Source: Promethearchaeota archaeon
GTDB taxonomy: Archaea > Asgardarchaeota > Lokiarchaeia > Sigyniarchaeales > SOKP01
Length of the DNA stretch: 64,000 bases
Direction: 5' to 3'
Assembly: GCA_019058445.1 (NCBI GenBank)
Contig: JAHPZA010000010.1
Coordinates: 224,001 to 288,000 of the forward strand
Shown here: one piece after another, positions 29,976 to 39,155 of the stretch
Layout of the letters: every line of letters begins with the position of its first letter
Position numbering within the stretch: position 1 is the first letter of the stretch
Notes under the pieces: model-generated
Database searches by the model: none
What the model saw: the letters and a program-made list of their open reading frames with translations, nothing else
What the model was told of the DNA's origin: nothing
Position numbers and translations under genes: made by a program

Positions 29976-31211
29976 ATGAGCATTAAATCTTTATTAAATA
30001 AAATCAAATCAATGCAGAACACTCAAAAAATTCAATTCTTAATAGTAAATTTAATTTGTTTTTTCGCAATTTTTCTTATATTAATCTATGGAATTCTTTT
30101 CTTAGATCCATTTTTGGAGCCTGTTAATTCAGATGATAAAGCTTATATTAGAATGGCAGAAAATATCTTTGTGCCTGTTGATGCTCCATGGAAATATCGT
30201 ATATTAACACCATTACTAGTATATTTACTTCCTTTTAATGTTATTACTGGTTTTATTATTGTAAACTTGACAAGTCTATATTTGACTTCAGTTTTAATGT
30301 TTTATTATCTTAGAAAATTTGACTTTAATTTTAAAATAAGTATTGTGGGTATGCTTCTTTTTATTTTAAATCCAATTACTCTAGGACTTCTTATAGCAAT
30401 TTGTGTAGTAGATTTATTATCTTTTTTTTTTATATTGCTGAGTTTTTATGCTTTATTTGACAAAAAAGAGAAATTATTTCTCTTCACGGTTAGTGTAGGA
30501 GTTGCTAATAGAGAAGTTATTTTAATTATGTTAATTTTTTATTTTATCTTAAAAAATACAGAATTAGACTTATTATCATCTATAAAATCAACGTTATTAA
30601 TTTCAATTATTCCTGTAGTTGTTTTCTTTTTAATACGATTTATTTATGGCTTTGATGCAAATTATTTTTCTATTGATTTAGTCGGAAATACTATCTTAAC
30701 TCATTATAGAACCTTTCAATCAAATATATTTATTCATCCATATTTAATTTATTTACCTTTCGGGATCTTTTGGTTAGTAAGTTTAATAAATTTGCGTAAA
30801 TTGGATAACATTTTTCTTAAAAAATCAATATTTTTAATTCCATTCATATTTATGCAGGCATTTATTGCCACAAATTATTCACGTCTTCTATTTATTGCAT
30901 TTCCTTTAATCATTCCAATTAGTTTATATATTTTCAAAATTAATTTTTCAAAAAAACTACTAATCTCTCTATTTGGTTTAGCCAGCATTCTTTCTGTTGT
31001 ACATTTTATAGGAGTAATTTATTTTATCCAATCAAATCCTTACTCGATACTCACAAATCCAGAAAATTATTTGTTCTATGCATTTTTTATTACCATATTT
31101 GACATTTTCTCTTGTATAGTCTTCACATTATTACTTTTAAAAAGAGAATTCTTTTTTAAAAACAATTCAATGACCAAATTAGCGATTCAAACAACCGTTG
31201 AAATAAATTAG
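29976..31211 (+). CDS. Polytopic membrane protein, putative GT-C glycosyltransferase
   Basis: About 11 TM segments. First loop SDDKAYIRMA..APWKYRILTP, plus VVD and NRE motifs. Confidence 0.55.
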   Translation: MSIKSLLNKIKSMQNTQKIQFLIVNLICFFAIFLILIYGILFLDPFLEPVNSDDKAYIRMAENIFVPVDAPWKYRILTPLLVYLLPFNVITGFIIVNLTSLYLTSVLMFYYLRKFDFNFKISIVGMLLFILNPITLGLLIAICVVDLLSFFFILLSFYALFDKKEKLFLFTVSVGVANREVILIMLIFYFILKNTELDLLSSIKSTLLISIIPVVVFFLIRFIYGFDANYFSIDLVGNTILTHYRTFQSNIFIHPYLIYLPFGIFWLVSLINLRKLDNIFLKKSIFLIPFIFMQAFIATNYSRLLFIAFPLIIPISLYIFKINFSKKLLISLFGLASILSVVHFIGVIYFIQSNPYSILTNPENYLFYAFFITIFDIFSCIVFTLLLLKREFFFKNNSMTKLAIQTTVEIN

Positions 31212-31219
31212 TCTCATCT

Positions 31220-32833
31220 TTAGGGTTTTTTTCCTCCACCTTTTTGGGAGGGAAGAAAAATCTCAATTTTTTGAACCAATTTTCTAATAAGATAATTTTT
31301 TGAATTAAGAATTGGTATAATTTTTATCATATCATTAAATTCTTTTTTTGTTATTGTTTTGGTAAAGTAAAAAATTATATAAAAAACAAGAGCAAAAACA
31401 CTGAATTTAATAGTCCCATTTATGAAGAAATTAATGTATGCTTTATCAAAATAATCAATATTTATTAAATAGTTTAAAGGATAGACAATTATAAAACTAA
31501 CCAAAAAAATGATAAAAGGCTTAAAGAAAAATACAAAATTAAGCTGTAACTCCGTTTGTTTATTGATCAGATATACACTAATAAACGTCATAAGAAATGA
31601 ACATAGTAAATAAAAGATTATTAAGGTAAAAAAATCAAAGTATAATAGAACTATTATTGTAAACACTATAGTGATAATCATTCTAATAAATTCAATCTCT
31701 GCATTAATTTTAGTGTTATTTGTCGATAATGTTAAAATCATAAGGTTATTAATAATGACCTGCGCAAACGCCATAAATAAAAATAATTGAATTGCCCTCA
31801 AAATAACAAGGTATATTTCTGAATAAATCACCACAATATAAAATTCTATATAAAAGATCATAATTCCCACGATAATACAAACAAAGATCATTAAAAATTT
31901 ATTCAATTTATAAAAAAGATTTTGATATACCTCAGAATTTTTTTCATAATCAATTTCTGAGAAGATTGAGATATATGCTTCTGGATTTGAACTTGAAAAT
32001 AACAATGCAGATGTAGCTGAAATTTGACATATCGTAATATATGTAATAAATACCACGAACTCAAATTCTAAAAATAAGATATTAACTATTAAACCAGTCA
32101 ATAATCCAAAAACATCTGCTAAAATTAAATAAGTTCCATATTTTCTATGTATATTGTAAAATTCTGATTTCTGATCAAACCCTTCTAATTCACCTTTTGC
32201 TTTAGAAGATATAAAACTTATTATTAAAATCATAGAAACAATACCAGATACAATAGTTCCTAACAGGAAAGCATAAGAAATTAGGAATATAGGTTTGTCT
32301 AATTTATAGAAATAAATTAGAAAATTAATTGTAGTTACTGTTATAGGATTTAAAATTCTGGCAAAAAAAACTGATTTGAACTTATGAAAAGCATATAAAA
32401 CGGAATCGTTAAGATCTATTAGTACTTTACATAATATCATAGGTGACATAATTAAAATCATTGAAAACAAAATGGTTCCAAAATCAGCTAATAATGTAAT
32501 CAATAAATATAATAATAAAATGAGAAATGCACTAATTAATCTTATTTTATAGACATGTATTATAAATTTTCTTCTAACTTCTTGATTGTTACTGTTAATT
32601 GATAAATGTGGGATATAATACATAATTGTTTCTTGAGCATTTGGGGGAAATAGATTACTGAGAAAAATAGCAATATTAATAAATGAAATTACTAGGATTA
32701 ATAAGGCCCATTCTTCAGGGGTCAGTAACCTTGCAAGTACAAAAGTATTTGAAATACTAAAAAAAAAAGTCAAATAAACTGTTAATAAATTAAAACTGCT
32801 ACTTTCTGCAACTTTTTTTTGTACTTTAAGCAT
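31220..32833 (-). CDS. Oligosaccharide flippase (MOP/Wzx family)
   Basis: KKVAESS...LARLLTPEEW N-terminus and 12-14 TM segments. Confidence 0.78.
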   Translation of the reverse strand: MLKVQKKVAESSSFNLLTVYLTFFFSISNTFVLARLLTPEEWALLILVISFINIAIFLSNLFPPNAQETIMYYIPHLSINSNNQEVRRKFIIHVYKIRLISAFLILLLYLLITLLADFGTILFSMILIMSPMILCKVLIDLNDSVLYAFHKFKSVFFARILNPITVTTINFLIYFYKLDKPIFLISYAFLLGTIVSGIVSMILIISFISSKAKGELEGFDQKSEFYNIHRKYGTYLILADVFGLLTGLIVNILFLEFEFVVFITYITICQISATSALLFSSSNPEAYISIFSEIDYEKNSEVYQNLFYKLNKFLMIFVCIIVGIMIFYIEFYIVVIYSEIYLVILRAIQLFLFMAFAQVIINNLMILTLSTNNTKINAEIEFIRMIITIVFTIIVLLYFDFFTLIIFYLLCSFLMTFISVYLINKQTELQLNFVFFFKPFIIFLVSFIIVYPLNYLINIDYFDKAYINFFINGTIKFSVFALVFYIIFYFTKTITKKEFNDMIKIIPILNSKNYLIRKLVQKIEIFLPSQKGGGKKP

Positions 32834-32876
32834 CTATTTTTTTTATTTTCAGTTATATTTCAATTTATATTAATCA

Positions 32877-33899
32877 TCAAAAAATTAAATTCAAAATCTT
32901 TAAAAATATTCTTAAAATTTTAACTTTACTTAAAATTCTACCTAAAATTATTGAATCCAAATTTCTATCTAGAAAATTCTTTTCAATTTTATTAGTTATA
33001 GTATTATCTTCCTTAAATCTCAGATATCTAATATTTTTAATATTTAATATGAGAAATTTATATATATTTAACCGTAATTTTAATTTGCTTGTAATAAAGG
33101 CTTGAAATAGGAGTATGAGTTCAGAAATAATAAGATACGGTATTAGACTCTTAAAATTTTTAATATTTTTATAAATTACTAAATATCGATTTCTTTCAAT
33201 ATAATAATAAGTAAAATCATTTATGCTCATATGTATCTTCTGATGAAACAATACTGATTCATTAGTAGTATATATAAGGTTTCCATTTCTAAGAGCCCTT
33301 AATGAAAAGTCAGTATCTTCATGATACATAAAAAAAATAGGATCAAATCCATTTAATTTAAGATACAAATTTCTTTTCATGAACATACTACATCCAGATG
33401 CTTTATGTGTTTTAAATGTAGCAGTTTGGTTTGGAATTTTGTGATACATCAAAGGTGAATAAGAAAAGCCTAAAAAGTGTATTTTTGCACCGTAATAATT
33501 AATAAAATGACCTGGAAAGATAATAGCTGGGCTAATGATTATTTCATGATCTTTTTTTAGCTTTTTGTATAATTTTAATAAAACAGTAAAAAAATCATTA
33601 GGAAAAGCTACATCTTGATTTGTTATGTAAATAAACTCTCCTTTAGCTTTTGAAATCGCGATATTACATGCCTGAGCAAAACCCAAATTAGTATTTTGAT
33701 TAATAAGAGTAATATTAATATCTTTTTTGAAAGAATTTATTATACCTTTGGTTGAATCTTTAGAATTATTATCAACTATTATTAATTCTATTTCAATTAA
33801 ATTATTCAAATTTTTTATTGATTGTAAATTATTATAAATCACTTCTTCCCCATTAAACGTTGGAAAAACTATTGAGATTTTAATCTGAGAGGCACTCAT
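32877..33899 (-). CDS. GT2 glycosyltransferase (WbbL/GlfT-like subgroup)
   Basis: ISIVFPTFNG, VDNNSKD, NLGFAQACN, NQD and FFMYHEDTD motifs. Confidence 0.88.
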   Translation of the reverse strand: MSASQIKISIVFPTFNGEEVIYNNLQSIKNLNNLIEIELIIVDNNSKDSTKGIINSFKKDINITLINQNTNLGFAQACNIAISKAKGEFIYITNQDVAFPNDFFTVLLKLYKKLKKDHEIIISPAIIFPGHFINYYGAKIHFLGFSYSPLMYHKIPNQTATFKTHKASGCSMFMKRNLYLKLNGFDPIFFMYHEDTDFSLRALRNGNLIYTTNESVLFHQKIHMSINDFTYYYIERNRYLVIYKNIKNFKSLIPYLIISELILLFQAFITSKLKLRLNIYKFLILNIKNIRYLRFKEDNTITNKIEKNFLDRNLDSIILGRILSKVKILRIFLKILNLIF

Positions 33900-34046
33900 C
33901 AAAAACTAGATAGTTTGAAATTCTATGAGATCTAATTATTTTGTGAAATATATTTATAAAATGATTTTAACTAAAAAACATTTTTAATAATAATTATTTT
34001 TGGATTAAATATTAATTTAGAGGATTAATATTTGGTATTCACAATA

Positions 34047-35846
34047 TTAATATTTTGTTCTGAATATAAGCGCATCATTAATTTCAATCCTCTCAAAATA
34101 CTTTTCATCTTCAAAAAGTTCTATTTTAAATTCAATATCATGGAAATCTCGACCTTCAGGATAGTTATCAATTTCAAATGCAAAAACTAATTTGGTTGAA
34201 TTTTCCTTAAGCGTTAGAAAGATATAATCGATTCTATCGAATTTATTATTGACTATTTTCTTATAAACTTCTTTAGATGAATTGCATTCAGATAATTTAA
34301 TAAGGAATTTCACTCTTTCATTATGAAGCGCGCTTGGATGAGCGAAGTATGGATTAGGTAACAAGAACAAATAAATTGGTAAAAATGCTGCTATCCTCCA
34401 TTCACTTGTTAAAAATACCTTATCCTCATAATCAAGTTCCTCGAAAATGTCTCGTATTTCTCTCATAGATTGTCTTTTTAAGGCAAGCTGATAAGAAGGA
34501 GTAACCGAAATAAAATGCCAATGAGAATAACATTGAACAGTCATTATAGATATCACAAAAAATATCTCAAATTGATATAAGTTTATTTTGATTTTATTTG
34601 ATTTTAAAATATTATTTTCTGCTAAATAATAAAAAAATCTTACGTAGGCGATACATGTGCTTATAACTAAAATATATCCCGAGATTGATATTATCCTAAT
34701 ATGCATTATGGGAAAATTAATCATTAAGCCAATAAAACCAATTAAAAACAAAATATGAACGGATAATAAAAAATTCCCAAGGATCTTCATCTCACGTGAT
34801 AAATTATACTTATGAATGATATAAACTAAACCAATTATCCATGGACTAACCATTATAATGTTTAACAAAGGATAAGTAAACATAGTACTCCATATAAATC
34901 GGTTTTGATGGCTTTCAAAACCAATAAATAAAATATCTCTTAGAATCGGTATCCAAAACCAACAACTAAATAAAATTAAAAGACATGTGATAATTAAAAT
35001 GCGTTTTAAATTATTTTTAAATTCTCGTGGGTTTTGGATTAATGATATAAGATAATATATGGGAATTAATAAAAAATAGAGAAAATAAGTACAAAAAATG
35101 ATAGATCCAATGATACCTGCGATAAAATAGTCAGATTTGTCATATTTTATCTCTTTAATATTCTCATAATAATACATAAAATATGGAAGAATAAGAAAAC
35201 CTCCGATCATATGATCTGGATCATAAATATTAACCAGAAAACTTGAAGAGATTATTGTAATAATAAGGGCTAACTTTTGATCGTATATTTTTTTCCAAAA
35301 TTCAAAAAGAATGATTGGTAAAATATATACCGTTATCAACATCCCGATTCTTACCATCTTATAAGGTGCTATATGAAAAATTATAGCAATTAAAGCTAAA
35401 CAATACCAATAAAAGGGAGCGTAATATGCCGAAAGTCCTTTATAAGCAAAATCCTGAGGAATTCCTGAATAATACATTTTAGTGATATAGGCTGTACGGT
35501 AAAAATTATCCCCTTTTAAGGCATTATATCCCCAATGTGTATTATAAAATAAAAATAAATATGCAGCAAAATTGAAGATTGAGAATAAAATAATGGTTCT
35601 TTTATAATTTACGCTATAGAAATTATTTTTGGAATTCACTTGGTTTAGAACTAAAAAAATTAAAAAAAAAGATAATGTTAAAATCAAAAGAAAAGTCGTT
35701 CTATATATGGCATTCCAGTATTGTTTAGGAAAAAATTTATAGAGCCCGATAAAGAACAAGCATCCAATCGAAGAGAAAAAAAGTTCTTGTATAAAATCTG
35801 ATTTAAGTACAGATTTTACAGAATTTCTTAATTTTTCCTTATCCAT
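34047..35846 (-). CDS. AftA-like (GT85) arabinofuranosyltransferase, GT-C fold, copy 1
   Basis: GDNFYRTAYITKM..QDFAYKGLSAYYAPFYW loop, about 12 TM segments, C-terminal VFLT..FAHPSALHNER..IDYIFL. Matches the AftA N/C motif pattern as recalled. Confidence 0.75.
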   Translation of the reverse strand: MDKEKLRNSVKSVLKSDFIQELFFSSIGCLFFIGLYKFFPKQYWNAIYRTTFLLILTLSFFLIFLVLNQVNSKNNFYSVNYKRTIILFSIFNFAAYLFLFYNTHWGYNALKGDNFYRTAYITKMYYSGIPQDFAYKGLSAYYAPFYWYCLALIAIIFHIAPYKMVRIGMLITVYILPIILFEFWKKIYDQKLALIITIISSSFLVNIYDPDHMIGGFLILPYFMYYYENIKEIKYDKSDYFIAGIIGSIIFCTYFLYFLLIPIYYLISLIQNPREFKNNLKRILIITCLLILFSCWFWIPILRDILFIGFESHQNRFIWSTMFTYPLLNIIMVSPWIIGLVYIIHKYNLSREMKILGNFLLSVHILFLIGFIGLMINFPIMHIRIISISGYILVISTCIAYVRFFYYLAENNILKSNKIKINLYQFEIFFVISIMTVQCYSHWHFISVTPSYQLALKRQSMREIRDIFEELDYEDKVFLTSEWRIAAFLPIYLFLLPNPYFAHPSALHNERVKFLIKLSECNSSKEVYKKIVNNKFDRIDYIFLTLKENSTKLVFAFEIDNYPEGRDFHDIEFKIELFEDEKYFERIEINDALIFRTKY

Positions 35847-35980
35847 ATAAATTATTTTATATAATATGATTAAAAAATTTTTATCTCAACGATTAATTTA
35901 AAAGATTTAAGCATACAAGCATACTTATATGTATATATTCATCCTTTAAAATAAATTAAATCAAAATAAATATTATTGAT

Positions 35981-37027
35981 ATGGCTAAAAGATTAAATTC
36001 AATTGATATCTTAAGAGGGATTTCAGTAATTCTTATGATATTTGGACATGTTTTTTATGCTTGGCCTATAGTTAATAACATTTTTCTGATCAATTTGTTT
36101 ATATTTATTTTCCTTTTGGCACCTCCTTTATTTTTAATTATTTCTGGTTTTAGCTTCTATCTTTTTGTAAACAACATGAAAATGAACTCTTACTCGAAAA
36201 AAAAAATTTTTATTGAAATATTAAAAAGAGCTTTATTTATATCAATTGTTACAACGATGTTTATCTTGATATTCGGATTTATTTATAATCTAAAAATATC
36301 CTTTATAATTTACTGGAGTATTTTTCAAGTTATTTCTTTATCAATGATATTATTCTGGTCAATCATTTTCATAAGACAAATTTACAGATTAATATGTTAT
36401 TTGTTTCTAATTTGTATAATTTTCTTAATAAATCTTATAATTTGTTTTTACAAAATTTACTTATTATATATTTTAATTAAAGGAGAATCTTTTTCATTCA
36501 TCCCGTGGTGCAATTTCTTTATATTTGGTCTATTAGTTAGTGATCTTTTAAATAACACTCAACAAGAGAAGATTAAAAAAATCATATTAATGTTTCTGGT
36601 TATAATTATTAATAATCTACTACTTTGGGCAATATTTTCAACTATGATAACAGATTCATTTTTCTTACATTATTTAAAATCTATAAGTTTTTTCGTTATA
36701 TCATTCGCTATATGTTATTATTATATTGATATCAAAAATTATGATACCAAATTTTCAAAATATTTGACCCAATGGGGTAGAATTGCTTTTTCTATTTACT
36801 ATATTCAATTTATACTTATTATTGGAGGAAGACTATTAATACCACTAATAATTTATGAATTAGTTTTATTTATTCCTGTTGAATTTCTTTTTTATTTAAT
36901 ATTGATATCTATATATTTGATATTGGAGATCATTATAAATATTTGGAAGAAATTTAATTATATTTACGGAATAGAATGGTTGATGAATCAAATTTCAAAA
37001 AAATCTTTATTTATAAAAAAAGATTAA
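35981..37027 (+). CDS. Transmembrane acyltransferase, DUF1624/HGSNAT-catalytic-domain-like
   Basis: RLNSIDILRGISVILMIFGH, PLFLIISG, FIPW and GIEW motifs, about 10 TM segments. Confidence 0.75.
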   Translation: MAKRLNSIDILRGISVILMIFGHVFYAWPIVNNIFLINLFIFIFLLAPPLFLIISGFSFYLFVNNMKMNSYSKKKIFIEILKRALFISIVTTMFILIFGFIYNLKISFIIYWSIFQVISLSMILFWSIIFIRQIYRLICYLFLICIIFLINLIICFYKIYLLYILIKGESFSFIPWCNFFIFGLLVSDLLNNTQQEKIKKIILMFLVIIINNLLLWAIFSTMITDSFFLHYLKSISFFVISFAICYYYIDIKNYDTKFSKYLTQWGRIAFSIYYIQFILIIGGRLLIPLIIYELVLFIPVEFLFYLILISIYLILEIIINIWKKFNYIYGIEWLMNQISKKSLFIKKD

Positions 37028-37085
37028 TCAATTACACTTATATTATAATTTGGTGATAATTAGATCATTTAAAAGTAAAGGATTT

Positions 37086-38900
37086 TTAATATTTTGTCTT
37101 ATAAATTAGTTCTCCATCAATTTCTATCCTTTCAAATAAGTTTTCATTTTCAAAAAGCTCAATATTAAATTCAATATCATAATAATCTCTACCATCGGGA
37201 AACTTCTCAATAGCTACTTGTAAAACTAATTTTGTGGAATTATCTTCCAAATCTAAATAAAAATAATCTATTGGACCAAATTTATTATCCATAATCTTAT
37301 CATAAAACTCTTTCGATGATTCGCACTCAGATAATTCAATTAAAAATTTTACTCTCTCATTATATAATGCGCTAGGGTGATTATAATAGGGATTTGGTAA
37401 TAAAAACAAATATATTTGCATGAACATGGCAACTTCCCACTTTTCTATAAGAAATACTTTATCTTCATAATCAAGCTCCTCAATTATATCTCTTACTTCT
37501 TCACTCATTGAATTTCCACTTTTGGCAGCTTTATAACCATCAGAATTGGCGATATATAATAAATTCCCTGTAGTTTGAACAATTGTTATTGAAATTAGGA
37601 GGAAAATTTCTATGTAACGAAAGTCTGCTTTAATTTTATTCTTTTTCAAAAAATCGTTCTCTTTTATAAAAATAAAAAATCTTACATAAAAAATACTTGA
37701 TGAAATCATTAAAATATATGCCGAGATTGGCATTATCCTAATATACATTAAGGAGATATTATTCATTACACAGATAAATCCTAATAAAAAATAAAAATGG
37801 ATAGCGATTAAAAGATTTCCGAGAATTCTCATATCTTGAGTTAAATTATATTTTCTTATTATGTAGACTATTCCAATTGTATTATATAAAGCGTAAATAC
37901 CAAAACCAAAATAATTTAATAAAGGATATTGAAACATTGATAAGTCAAAATAATTATTTTGATGGCTCTCAAATCCAATCAATAAAATATCTTTAGCAAG
38001 TGGAACCCAAAACCAACTACTAAATAAAAGTAATGCAACAGAAATGTAAAATAGATGTCTGAGATTTTTTCTAAATTTATTTTTATTCTGAATAAAAGAT
38101 ATTAAATAATAAATTGGAATTATTACAAAATACAAAAAATAGGTACATAATATTAAAGCTCCTAAAAAACCCCCAATTATATAGTCTTTTTTTGTAAACG
38201 TCTTATTTGTATAATTTTCAAAATAATAAATAAAATATGGAATTATAAAAAGAGATCCAAGCATGTGATCCGGTGAGTAAATATTAATAAAATAAATAGA
38301 AGACATTATTGAAATAACAAATGATATTTTTTCATCATAAATTTTTTTCCATGATTCGTATAAAATTATTGGAGAAAAAAAAATTGTAATTAACATTCCT
38401 ATTCTAAGCATTTTATAGGGTGCTATATTTAATAATATAGATAACAATGCTAAGCTATACCAATAAAGGGGAGAATAAAATGCTGAGTATCCTTTATAAG
38501 CAAAATCTTGCGGATACCCTGAATGTGCCATATGAGTAACATAAGCTGTACGATAGATATTATCCCCAGCCAATCCATTATATCCCCAATTTGTATGATA
38601 AAATAAGAATAAAAAAATAGAAAAATTAAATACGGTGAATAAAATAATATTCTTTTTATAACTTATTTTAAAGGAAGACTTATTAGAACCTATTTGGCTA
38701 ACAAATATAAAGACTAGAAAAAATGCCAAACTTAAGATTAAAATAATAGTACTTCTATAAAACTTATTCCAATAATGTTTTGGAAAAAAAAGATAAAGTA
38801 AAACAAAAAATCCACATCCAAGTGCGGAATAAAAAAGTTCTTGGACAATATCCTTTTCGAATATTGATAATAAAGAACTTTTATATTTCTTCTTTTCCAT
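37086..38900 (-). CDS. AftA-like (GT85) arabinofuranosyltransferase, copy 2
   Basis: GDNIYRTAYVTHM..QDFAYKGYSAFYSPLYW and NHPSALYNER. Colinear paralog of copy 1. Confidence 0.75.
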   Translation of the reverse strand: MEKKKYKSSLLSIFEKDIVQELFYSALGCGFFVLLYLFFPKHYWNKFYRSTIILILSLAFFLVFIFVSQIGSNKSSFKISYKKNIILFTVFNFSIFLFLFYHTNWGYNGLAGDNIYRTAYVTHMAHSGYPQDFAYKGYSAFYSPLYWYSLALLSILLNIAPYKMLRIGMLITIFFSPIILYESWKKIYDEKISFVISIMSSIYFINIYSPDHMLGSLFIIPYFIYYFENYTNKTFTKKDYIIGGFLGALILCTYFLYFVIIPIYYLISFIQNKNKFRKNLRHLFYISVALLLFSSWFWVPLAKDILLIGFESHQNNYFDLSMFQYPLLNYFGFGIYALYNTIGIVYIIRKYNLTQDMRILGNLLIAIHFYFLLGFICVMNNISLMYIRIMPISAYILMISSSIFYVRFFIFIKENDFLKKNKIKADFRYIEIFLLISITIVQTTGNLLYIANSDGYKAAKSGNSMSEEVRDIIEELDYEDKVFLIEKWEVAMFMQIYLFLLPNPYYNHPSALYNERVKFLIELSECESSKEFYDKIMDNKFGPIDYFYLDLEDNSTKLVLQVAIEKFPDGRDYYDIEFNIELFENENLFERIEIDGELIYKTKY

Positions 38901-39002
38901 ATATATGGTTTTTATTTTATATAATTAAAAAACCTTTATACTTGCACAAACTAGCTTTTGAGATCTTATGAATTTTTAAAACACTTCAAAAGAGTAAATA
39001 TA

Positions 39003-39057
39003 AATAGTAAATAACCAATAATCAATAGTAAATAACCAATAATCAATAGTAAATAAC
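39003..39057. repeat. 21-bp tandem repeat (AATAGTAAATAACCAATAATC, about 2.6 copies)
   Basis: Exact copies at 39003-39023 and 39024-39044, partial copy at 39045-39057. Confidence 0.9.
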
Positions 39058-39155
39058 TGACTATGAAAAATATCTATAATAAATCAAAAAAAAATTTTAT
39101 TTTAAAATAAAAATTTAACTAACTAATTAAAATAACGATTTAAAATAATTTAATT

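Noticed and set aside
39003-39057. Possible CRISPR array
   Set aside because: The repeats are contiguous with no spacers, and there are no cas genes.
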